This document shows, piece after piece, positions 1 to 8,757 of a stretch of DNA of 64,000 nt. The notes beneath the pieces are model-generated. The model had not been told where the DNA came from and searched no databases. It was given only the letters and a program-made list of their open reading frames with translations. The stretch comes from a virus (taxonomy: Duplodnaviria; Caudoviricetes): positions 64,001 to 128,000 of IMG/VR virus record IMGVR_UViG_3300027914_001163. One strand, 5' to 3'. The position numbers and the translations under genes are program-made. The first letter of the stretch is position 1. Each line of letters opens with the position of its first letter.

Positions 1-682
1 CAACACGCTTTTCAAGCAGGGAACGCTCCAGGTCATTCAGCGGACGAGCCGTGCGAATCGGAAATGAATCAGTATAATCATAATCCCACTTATTCGCACC
101 TTTTTTCAGGACGATTTGATAATCATGGCCGTTGTCGAAATCCAGAAGATGGAAATATTCACGTCCATCGCTGTACTTCAGTGTGGTTTTATCAACCCAA
201 CTGTCGGCAACATCGAAAAAGAATGGAAGTCCCATCGTCCGACACAGAGCACGGAACAGCAGACCCTTATTTGACCGGTCAACAATTACACGATATTTTT
301 TGGAAACATCATTCTCATCAACGATAATGGAATGGCAGAAAAAATGCCGTTTACGTTTTACCGTCCTGGCAATATCGCCAAACGCTTTCTGCTTGGTATC
401 TTTTTCCTGTTGAAAAAGTTTCTCAACCGCAACGTCGATAGGGTCTTTATGACGTTTTCCACCGAAGACAAATTCACGAGGAGTATAAATATACATCCCC
501 TTATCGAGCGGCAGATAATGATACTGATGTGTTACATAGAAACACGTAGCGTTGTCATCTATCGGAGGCAGAAGCCTCACCCTCGATTCGCCAGTTGGAG
601 GTATAAAATCAAGTGGATTCCTTGACTTACCTTCCTTGGCTTTTTTTTGCGCTTTTTCTCTCATCTCTTCCAATGTGAGCAT
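1..682 (-). CDS. single-stranded DNA-binding protein, T4 gp32-like (runs off window edge)
   Basis: Manually translated open minus-strand frame MLTLEEMREK...RVRLLPPIDD...KDPID...LLDFDNGHDYQIV...YDYTDS; AGGAGA SD upstream; motif layout matches gp32-family SSBs. Confidence 0.7.
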   Translation of the reverse strand, partial: MLTLEEMREKAQKKAKEGKSRNPLDFIPPTGESRVRLLPPIDDNATCFYVTHQYHYLPLDKGMYIYTPREFVFGGKRHKDPIDVAVEKLFQQEKDTKQKAFGDIARTVKRKRHFFCHSIIVDENDVSKKYRVIVDRSNKGLLFRALCRTMGLPFFFDVADSWVDKTTLKYSDGREYFHLLDFDNGHDYQIVLKKGANKWDYDYTDSFPIRTARPLNDLERSLLEKRV

Positions 683-756
683 AAGCATTCTCCTTTGTTT
701 TATTTATCTCTCTCCTCTCGTATCATGTAGTTTATTCAGGAGAGAATTATTCTTAA

Positions 757-1617
757 TTATAATTCTTGGCAGTGCTTTTTATATGGACACCATTTACATT
801 TTTCGTATTCGTAACTGAACTTTTTGACTGCACTCCAATTCATCTTTTTTTTATCTGCAAAAACAAACCGCTTCAATCGGTTAATCTGCACATGCATTTC
901 ATTGAAGCGTTGATCATTTTTTTCATTGTGAAAATATGGTTTCACGAATAAGGTTTTTTCAGTACGATCAACAACAACAAAAGCAAATCCGTTCCAGGCA
1001 TAACCAAGTTCCTGAAACGATAAATATTCATACAGAACATTTTGCAGCTCATAATCCCAATCAACAAAATAATATGTATAGCCGTACTGCGTAACCTTGA
1101 GATCATAAATACTATATGGCCGTACATCGCATTGCCCAGGATGAAACACCAACAAGTCGATAATGCCATTGATAAAAACATCATCAATGCCCTGAACCGG
1201 CTTTGAAATCTCAAATTCTGAGCATATTTTTCCGTCCTTCGGCAACCAATCAAGAAAAAACTTGGTTATAGTCCGACAATGCTTTTCCCCGCTTGCAAGA
1301 TATTCCGCTTCTTTATATGCTCTGGATTCACGCCAGAGTTTCGGTTTCTCATTACGAAGTTCAAAAAACTTCTTTTCAAATAACCCCTGAGTGCCATTCA
1401 GAATAATCTTCGAATCAACACCATTGTTAATACCGGAAACTATTTCCTGCAATACTGCGTGACAAGACTTCCCGAACAAAGTTCCTGGCCATACCGGAAA
1501 TAAATCTCCAAGGTTTGTTAAGTATTTGAAATAAAATTGAATTGGACATCTTTTAAAAACCGTAAGACGACTATTACTGATCTTAAATGGAATGTCAAGT
1601 TGTTTTTCCTGAAACAT
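757..1617 (-). CDS. PD-(D/E)XK exonuclease, Cas4/AddB-like
   Basis: SNSRL..KRCP, GIIDLL, DLK motifs; C-terminal CKWCPYKKHC (Fe-S ligands). Confidence 0.8.
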   Translation of the reverse strand: MFQEKQLDIPFKISNSRLTVFKRCPIQFYFKYLTNLGDLFPVWPGTLFGKSCHAVLQEIVSGINNGVDSKIILNGTQGLFEKKFFELRNEKPKLWRESRAYKEAEYLASGEKHCRTITKFFLDWLPKDGKICSEFEISKPVQGIDDVFINGIIDLLVFHPGQCDVRPYSIYDLKVTQYGYTYYFVDWDYELQNVLYEYLSFQELGYAWNGFAFVVVDRTEKTLFVKPYFHNEKNDQRFNEMHVQINRLKRFVFADKKKMNWSAVKKFSYEYEKCKWCPYKKHCQEL

Positions 1618-2074
1618 TTTTTTTCTTACTCAGTGTCCTCTCGATACGCACAGGAATCTCAACACAACTGGATTCAAAACCAAAACAAACATATCCATCC
1701 AAGACATAGATCGTGTTTCCTCTGTCTTTGAGAATAATCTTAATTGCTTCTCTGAAATCTCTGTACGCCAGCGAAATATTTATCCCCAACTTCTTCTTTG
1801 ATAACGGAGGAACAACTACTCTGTCAATCTTTATTTGCGCCGTTCGTTGATCTTCAATAAAAAAATCAAAAAACATTCTCTCAATAATAATCTCAAAGTC
1901 GTGTTGATTGTCTATCTTGAGTTTCAGGGTAAGGTCAATATCATGCTTGCCGATATGGTTGACTTTGATACCGGAGAGGGTTATATGACACTGCTTGATG
2001 GCGAAACGCTTCTGAAGAGAGCAACCTGTACCAAAAATGGTACACAATAATACACATAGAATGATTCTTTTCAT
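1595..2074 (-). CDS. LEA_2/WHy-like lipoprotein
   Basis: Signal peptide with lipobox-like GTGC; beta-rich LKLKIDNQHDFEI pattern. Confidence 0.55.
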   Translation of the reverse strand: MKRIILCVLLCTIFGTGCSLQKRFAIKQCHITLSGIKVNHIGKHDIDLTLKLKIDNQHDFEIIIERMFFDFFIEDQRTAQIKIDRVVVPPLSKKKLGINISLAYRDFREAIKIILKDRGNTIYVLDGYVCFGFESSCVEIPVRIERTLSKKKNVSGKTT

Positions 2075-2377
2075 AGACCTCTGAAAAAACTGCGCTCTAA
2101 ATACTTAAAGTCTCAATGTTTTATTATTTGTTATTTATAAATATTATGTACCATTCAAGCTGCTCATAAGCAGTTAAAGATTTTGGCTTATTTTGTCAAG
2201 CACTATTCGTTCTTCTTGAAAAAGAAATTTATTTTTTTTTTAGTTTTTGGACACTGGTGTCCATTTTTGGTAGGAGAAACTGCACGAAAAAGAAAGTTCA
2301 TCTAAGAATTTTTTTAAGATTTTTCTGCTTTTTCTTTGAAGATATAATATAATCTCATATGCATATGGAGGATTTTT

Positions 2378-2563
2378 ATGGCACATGATGTCAAGCTGAA
2401 CTACAGCAAGTATGGCCAGGATAAGTTTACTGTTCCTGATGAACATACAAAGAAGATTAATTCGAGTAACAAGAACATCCCCAATCCGATAATGGGCGGT
2501 GGAAGTATGCCGAGTAATCTTCCGGTTGACGATTCCCAAAGCAAAAAAAGTTCTGGTGTATAA
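2378..2563 (+). CDS. small hypothetical protein
   Basis: GGAGG SD, TAATATAAT motif upstream, hairpin downstream. Confidence 0.55.
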   Translation: MAHDVKLNYSKYGQDKFTVPDEHTKKINSSNKNIPNPIMGGGSMPSNLPVDDSQSKKSSGV

Positions 2564-3289
2564 GCCAACCAAAAAGAAGGGGAAAACAAAGTTCCCCTTT
2601 ATTTTTATAGAGAGAGGTATATATGCAAATATATTGCAGTAAGTGTGGTTTCATTACTAAGCATCGGTCAAGTTGTCTTGGTCATCGCTGTAACGGCTGT
2701 GGCACTATCGAAGAGGACACCACTATTGGAGTTCCAGTCAAACCAACGGTGTTCATCCAAGCAGAAACAAAGAAAGTAGGATTGGTGTCATATTTGCAAA
2801 AAAAATTTGGTTTATGAACATAGATCGAGTGAGTATTCAAAATCATGAGTATCAAATTTATCATTGCGACGATCCAATTTCCCCAGGAGATCAAATAGTC
2901 ATTGACAAAAATAAGTTGATATTGGTAAAATCGTTTAAATTTCAATCGGCATCCACGTTCCATATGTTTTGTCGAGAAAACGATTTTAAAATAATAAAAA
3001 ACTATTTTAGCAGATATTATTGATGGACAATTCAATTGAGATTTTAAAATCTGGCGTATGTCGCATGAGCATTTCTGGTCAGCATGAGTATGAGTGCCAC
3101 GAGAGATATTTTTGGTGTAGAATTTGCGGAAATCTTGTCGAGTTGTCTTCGCACAAGAAACGTTTTCTAAAACTTGCCATACAGCACATCGCTCAATCGC
3201 CCACCGTTACAATGCTCAGTCGAGCAAAAAAAATTTTCTTTCGCTAATATAACTCTTTAGCGTAATAAACACAGGAAAGGAGTAAGTAT

Positions 3290-4153
3290 ATGAATGCGCA
3301 AACACCAAAAACTTCTGAGGCGCAATCCGACATAAACGGAACAGTCTCGGAAAAAATCAACGAGGCTCCAAAAGAATCTCGCATAAGACAGGTGATCACA
3401 GTGACAACAACAAAAATTAAAAACAGTAAGGCTCTGCAAGCGATAGGCTCTTTCTTTAAGAGAATTGGCCAATCCCTGTGCAAGCCTATTGGAACATTGT
3501 CTGTTTTAAAGATGATGTTAATTTTCTTTCTTGCCGTAGCGATAACAGTTGGCATTGGGGTTTTCAAAGCAAAATCAAAACCAATTGCCAGGGATCAGGT
3601 TAATTTTGTACAACTTGACCCGTTGAGCCAGGTGAAGGCTTTTAAACGCACCCACAATAAGTATTTGTCGATGACTCCCGAAGATCGATTGATTTTCTGG
3701 ATTATCACTTTTCGAGGTTGGGATTACCAAGAAAATGGCGATCCGAAATACAAAAAGGCTGATTGTGTTGGAGCGGTTTATACTTATTTTCAGAATCTCG
3801 GAAGCAATATCCGTCTTGAAAGTGTTCCGTGGATTGCAAAACGAATTGCCAATCTTGAAGAACGAGAACTGATCAAGACACGAAAAACTGTTACAGCGAT
3901 TCAATCAGGCGATATTATTGTTATGAAGTTTTCTGAAGCGAATCAACATGTTGGTATTGTCTATGATGTATGTAATAATGGTTTAATTCGCTACATGGAC
4001 ATAAATGTTGGTACATATCGATGGGGTCTTGAAAGTATTCGATGGGGTAGTCCAAATATAACTGTAATTTCAGAAGTTAATTTTTCGCTATGGATTGGAG
4101 ACCTTTTACAAGAATTTAATAACAGTCCGATTCTCAGCGAAACGGAGGATTAA
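3290..4153 (+). CDS. membrane-anchored NlpC/P60-like cell-wall peptidase
   Basis: TM helix then ADCVG (Cys), GDII, QHVGIV (His) motifs. Confidence 0.6.
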   Translation: MNAQTPKTSEAQSDINGTVSEKINEAPKESRIRQVITVTTTKIKNSKALQAIGSFFKRIGQSLCKPIGTLSVLKMMLIFFLAVAITVGIGVFKAKSKPIARDQVNFVQLDPLSQVKAFKRTHNKYLSMTPEDRLIFWIITFRGWDYQENGDPKYKKADCVGAVYTYFQNLGSNIRLESVPWIAKRIANLEERELIKTRKTVTAIQSGDIIVMKFSEANQHVGIVYDVCNNGLIRYMDINVGTYRWGLESIRWGSPNITVISEVNFSLWIGDLLQEFNNSPILSETED

Positions 4154-4630
4154 CGTTATGATAGAAGTACCGGCCATACTTTATTGTCCACGCTGTCAAA
4201 AAGAGAATGAGTATATTGCAGGAAGGTTTGGACTGGTATGTTCTATTTGCGGATATGAAGGGTTCATCAATAAAAGAAAAATCCAAGAGACCTTTGAGAA
4301 CGGCGGTCGAGTGGTTGATGAGAACGAGCAAAAAATTCTGGATGAGTTAAAAGCCGAGGAAGAAGAATAAGACTTGGGGGGATTGCCTTATGGGACAACA
4401 ACGTGATCTTAAAAGAATTGGCCGACTCATGAATAAACTTCAGTTGATTTGGTATACGCTTCCTGATTTGCGTTTTTTTCAACTGATTGAATATTTAAAA
4501 TCGTCGGTCGATGATCAAAAAGAAGATTTCTTTTATGTTGAAGATGATGCTCTTGAAAAGGCTCTTGATGAAATTATCGAACGGCACAGCATGGGTGAAT
4601 TAGGAAACGTAAAATAAAAATAAAAAGTTA

Positions 4631-4659
4631 TTGCCGATTTAAAGTTGCAGTAGTATATT
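4631..4659 (+). promoter_or_regulatory. sigma70-type promoter
   Basis: TTGCCG-17nt-TATATT. Confidence 0.55.
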
Positions 4660-4665
4660 AATTAC

Positions 4666-4770
4666 ATAACTATTAGTTCAAGCATCTCATATCATCTCAA
4701 AAAAAGAAGTTCTGTTTGGCACCTGGTTGACACCCTCCTTTAGTAACCGCCAAGCAGACTTCTTTTTTTG
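4666..4770 (+). ncRNA. candidate sRNA: long hairpin with CCCUCCUUU loop
   Basis: Stem 4698-4720 pairs with 4749-4770, ends in a U-tract, lies downstream of a promoter, no ORF. Confidence 0.45.
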
Positions 4771-4888
4771 TTTTATCTCCAAAAAGTACAGAATTTATGT
4801 ACTTACTGGAGAAATATAATAGTAATTATCGGAAATCGGAATACGAAATAATTTCCGGCACTATTATAATATTCGTCTGGATACCTAC

Positions 4889-5683
4889 ATGACACAAAAA
4901 ATTCCAAAGCAAGTTGTTGATGCACTGTTTACGGAAAATCTGGAACAACTTTTTGAAGCGTTTAAGAAATATGGTTTTGAAGTTCGCATTGTGGGCGGTG
5001 CGGTTCGTGATTTATTGATGAAAGGTCAGGCTCGTGATATTGATCTGGCTACTGAATCCACTCCTGACGAAACCATGTATATTTTGGATAAAGAATTTAA
5101 AAATCTTGATGTATTGAAAGGTTGGGGTATTCAACACGGAACCATTGTTGTTGGATTCACAACCGACGAAGATGAAATGGAGGAGTACGAAATATCTTCT
5201 CTGGACTTTTCAATTAAAGTTGAGGACAACAAGATCGTTATATCGCAACAGCCGGATTGGGAAGCCGATGCCAAGCGCAGAGATTTTACTATCAATGCCA
5301 TGAGTATCGACCGTGAAGGAATTGTTCATGATTATCTTGACGGCGTAAATGATTTAAAAAATCAACGAATTAAATTTATTGGAGATTATAAACAACGGAT
5401 TCTTGATGATCCAAAAATGATATTGAGGTTTTTTAAATTAATTGCAAAATTTCCTGAACCAGAATTCGACAAAGGTGTTATCCCTTTTATCAAAGAACAT
5501 TCTGAATTGTTAAATGAGCTGCCACCGAGCACTGTGAGAATACTTTTAATGGCGATTCACGGTCAGCCATACGGCGATAAAGCCTTTACGCTGATGGATG
5601 AGGCTGGTATTGATACAGAAGCCTACCTGGAATCCGCAACATTGTTTGATTATTATTTTTCCAAAGTCTACTTGGAAGTATAA
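4889..5683 (+). CDS. class II tRNA nucleotidyltransferase (CCA-adding/poly(A) polymerase family), short form
   Basis: VGGAVRDLL, DIDLAT, DAKRRDFTINAM, DYLDG motifs. Confidence 0.9.
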   Translation: MTQKIPKQVVDALFTENLEQLFEAFKKYGFEVRIVGGAVRDLLMKGQARDIDLATESTPDETMYILDKEFKNLDVLKGWGIQHGTIVVGFTTDEDEMEEYEISSLDFSIKVEDNKIVISQQPDWEADAKRRDFTINAMSIDREGIVHDYLDGVNDLKNQRIKFIGDYKQRILDDPKMILRFFKLIAKFPEPEFDKGVIPFIKEHSELLNELPPSTVRILLMAIHGQPYGDKAFTLMDEAGIDTEAYLESATLFDYYFSKVYLEV

Positions 5684-5706
5684 AAAAATATTTTTTTTTA
5701 TTTGTT

Positions 5707-5734
5707 ACCCGAAATGCCAGTTTCGGGTTTTTTT
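5707..5734 (+). terminator. intrinsic terminator
   Basis: ACCCGAAA-loop-TTTCGGGT followed by a T-tract. Confidence 0.75.
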
Positions 5735-5804
5735 ATTTCGTAAGAAATTTGCTTGATTTTTCAAAGGCCCTGTCATAAACTGCCTGTACATAAAAAAGAG
5801 TCAT

Positions 5805-7430
5805 ATGAGCGATAGAAAGTTTTGTCATATTCATTGCCATTCCGTGATGTCTGTCCGTGATGGTATGCTTAAAATTTCTGAACTGATAGAGAAATCTATT
5901 GAGTACGGAGAATGTTTTGCACTGACCGATCACGGCAACATTGCCGGTTGGATTGAATATTACAATCAGGCCAAAAAGAACAAGATTAAGCCAATTTTTG
6001 GTGTTGAAGCCTATATCAATCAAAATCGTCAAGAATTGCTTAATCTGGTTAACACCATTAATAAAAAAATTCCCACCGATGAAGATGAAGAAGTTGTAGG
6101 TAAAGAAGAATTAAAGAAAATGTCTGAACGGCGTGAGGAACTTCGGTTTGAGACAAATCATTTGGTGTTAATTGCAAAAAATGAAACAGGCTTTTATAAT
6201 ATTATTCGTTTAATGAATGAAGCATATGCTGATTATTTTTATTATCGACCGTTAATAGATTACCACGCCCTGGAGAAAATGACTCGTGATGAAAATGGAA
6301 GTACCGGTGTAATAGTTACCACAGCCTGTCTCGCCAGCCCGTTAAGAAAATTTCTACTGAAAGATAAATATGATCAAGCAATAGATCATATTAAAGTCAT
6401 GAAGAATATTTTTCATGATGATTTCTATCTCGAAGTCCAAGCCAATAACATTCCAGACCAAAAAGTTTTTAATGCGTTTTTAATAAGGTTAGCAAAAGAC
6501 ACCAATACAAAACTGGTGATCGGAGATGATAGCCATTATCTGACCGACAAAGATGCTGACACACACCAAGACTTGCTTCTGCTTCAAAATAAAAATGTTC
6601 GATCTGATTTAGGCAAGACCGATATAAAGGTGACGTATGAAAACAAAAACGGTGAGATTAAAACCAAAAAAGTTGCACCAGAAGCGGATTTCAGAAAGGG
6701 CTTTCCTGCAACAGAAATTGTCGCAGGACAAGTCATCGGAAGAGGAAAAACAGCAATCACAATCACAAACGTAGAAGAAGTTTCTCGCACATGGGGTTTT
6801 TCAACTGACCAGGTGTTTTTTAAAGATTATAACCGTTTGGTATCAGATGTTAAAAAATTTCATCCAGAACTTGTTGATTACTTGGAGGAAGTTTACAATA
6901 ATAATTGTGAAATCAACGACAAAATTGAACATATACATTTTAATACAGAAACCAAACTTCCACAAATCGAAGATGCTCAACGCCAATTTGTTGATCTTGT
7001 AAAACAAAAAATTCGTGAAAAAAAAGTAACTGATCGGCAACTGGTTGATCGGATTATTTATGAACTTGACGTTATTAAGCGGTTTGGATTTCAGACTTAT
7101 TTTCTTATTCTGGTTGATGTTATAGACTGGATAAAGAAAAATAATATCGGCTTGGGCAGCGGTCGTGGTTCTGTGGCGGGAAGTTACATTGCTTATTTAT
7201 TAGACCTTCACCGCATCGATCCTTTTGATAAACGTTGGAACCTTGACGGTGAGGGACTGCCATTTGAACGATTTCTTTCTTTGGATAAATTATATAATAA
7301 AGTTTTTGTTTATGATGAATCTGGAAAGAAATTGGAATATCTTGAAATTGATGAAGTGACTGTTCAGCGGAATGGTCAATCAATAAAAGTTCGTGCTTCT
7401 GAAATACAAGAAGGCGATGAAATTATTTAA
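5805..7430 (+). CDS. dnaE: DNA polymerase III alpha, N-terminal part (PHP domain and start of palm)
   Basis: HIHCHS, ALTDHG, GVEAY, DSHY, GSGRGSVAGS, PFERFL. Confidence 0.93.
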   Translation: MSDRKFCHIHCHSVMSVRDGMLKISELIEKSIEYGECFALTDHGNIAGWIEYYNQAKKNKIKPIFGVEAYINQNRQELLNLVNTINKKIPTDEDEEVVGKEELKKMSERREELRFETNHLVLIAKNETGFYNIIRLMNEAYADYFYYRPLIDYHALEKMTRDENGSTGVIVTTACLASPLRKFLLKDKYDQAIDHIKVMKNIFHDDFYLEVQANNIPDQKVFNAFLIRLAKDTNTKLVIGDDSHYLTDKDADTHQDLLLLQNKNVRSDLGKTDIKVTYENKNGEIKTKKVAPEADFRKGFPATEIVAGQVIGRGKTAITITNVEEVSRTWGFSTDQVFFKDYNRLVSDVKKFHPELVDYLEEVYNNNCEINDKIEHIHFNTETKLPQIEDAQRQFVDLVKQKIREKKVTDRQLVDRIIYELDVIKRFGFQTYFLILVDVIDWIKKNNIGLGSGRGSVAGSYIAYLLDLHRIDPFDKRWNLDGEGLPFERFLSLDKLYNKVFVYDESGKKLEYLEIDEVTVQRNGQSIKVRASEIQEGDEII

Positions 7431-7441
7431 GGAGTGAAATT

Positions 7442-8014
7442 ATGAAAGACTTAATGATCGATCTTGAGACTATGGGAAATAAAAGTTACGCTGCCATTAT
7501 TCAAATAGGCGCATGTTTTTTTGATCAAATGACTGGAGAGATTGGAAGAAAATATTCTATAAATATTGATCTTCAGTCTGCGCTTGATCGTGGTCTGAGG
7601 GTGAATGGCGATACGATTTACTGGTGGCTTCAACAAAGCGAAGATGCCAGGAAATCAATTCTCCCGATGGTTAACGGTGAGATTGTCAGTCACGATATAG
7701 TTGTTGCTCTGTCTACTTTTATGGCGTTTGTTACGGCAGAAAAAACAGATGATTTTGTTGGTGCAGAGCGTGTGTGGAGTCATTCAGGATTCGATTATAA
7801 TTTACTTCAGGATGCATTTGAAGTATGTAAACTGCCTTGGCCATTTCATTATCGTGCGCCTAAAGATATTCGAACTCTGACATACTGCGCCGACATCGAT
7901 CCGAAAAGTTATAAATCAGATGGTCTGGAGCACAACGCTCTTGATGATGCCATCTTCCAGGTAAGGTATGTGTGTGATTGCCTGAAAAAAATACGAGAGG
8001 CATTGGCTAAATGA
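7442..8014 (+). CDS. DEDDh 3'-5' exonuclease (DUF5051/RNase AS-like)
   Basis: MIDLETMG, GFD, HNALDDA. Confidence 0.85.
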   Translation: MKDLMIDLETMGNKSYAAIIQIGACFFDQMTGEIGRKYSINIDLQSALDRGLRVNGDTIYWWLQQSEDARKSILPMVNGEIVSHDIVVALSTFMAFVTAEKTDDFVGAERVWSHSGFDYNLLQDAFEVCKLPWPFHYRAPKDIRTLTYCADIDPKSYKSDGLEHNALDDAIFQVRYVCDCLKKIREALAK

Positions 8015-8757
8015 GAATGAATCTTCTTCCTCAAGTGAGAATATTTCTGGACATGGATGGGACCATTTCAGATTTTGATCAGCAGTTTATGAATCATATC
8101 GGCGTTACGCCTGAACATTTTGTACAGGCAATTTACAAACTGAACCAGATGACGGCTAAAATTTTTAATAAAAATGGTGACGACAAGGCGGATACCAAAC
8201 AATACATCAAAGATATTTCGCAGCAGATGTTTTGGGAAGCCGTTAACTCGTTTCCGCAGTTTTGGGATTCCATACCTCCTGTTTCTGGTTTTGAAAAACT
8301 GTGGCATGTTTGTAAAGGATATAATACATCCATTCTTACTTCTGTTCCAGTATTTTCATTCTTGAGGGATAAGGTTATTCTCGGAAAACGTAATTGGCTT
8401 GATACATATATGGGCAAGCACATTCCAATGTATGTAACATTTTTCGATTGGAACCACAGGAAGACTCATAAAGAAATGCTTTGTACAGGTCCGTTTGATA
8501 TTTTAATTGACAACACTCCTGAAAATGTTGACGCTTGGATAAAAAAGAAAGGTGTTGGCATACTATTTAAAACGCCAGAGCAAACAATTAAAGAATTAGA
8601 ATCATTTCTCATATTGTATTGCGCCAAACGTGCCAATCCTGTGCAACAGTGGTATCGCAAAACATTTAAACCTCAAACAAAACAAAATATTATCATGGCA
8701 TTAGCACCAGATCAGAAAGAATTTTTTAAAGAGTTAATTCCAAATGAAAGTATCTAA
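8011..8757 (+). CDS. HAD-family 5'(3')-deoxyribonucleotidase-like
   Basis: FLDMDGTISDF, ILTS, ILIDN. Confidence 0.8.
   Translation: MRMNLLPQVRIFLDMDGTISDFDQQFMNHIGVTPEHFVQAIYKLNQMTAKIFNKNGDDKADTKQYIKDISQQMFWEAVNSFPQFWDSIPPVSGFEKLWHVCKGYNTSILTSVPVFSFLRDKVILGKRNWLDTYMGKHIPMYVTFFDWNHRKTHKEMLCTGPFDILIDNTPENVDAWIKKKGVGILFKTPEQTIKELESFLILYCAKRANPVQQWYRKTFKPQTKQNIIMALAPDQKEFFKELIPNESI

Noticed and set aside
757-1617. Cas4-like nuclease as the adaptation module of the array
   Set aside because: It is 56 kb away and next to the SSB gene; stand-alone Cas4-like exonucleases are common phage recombination genes
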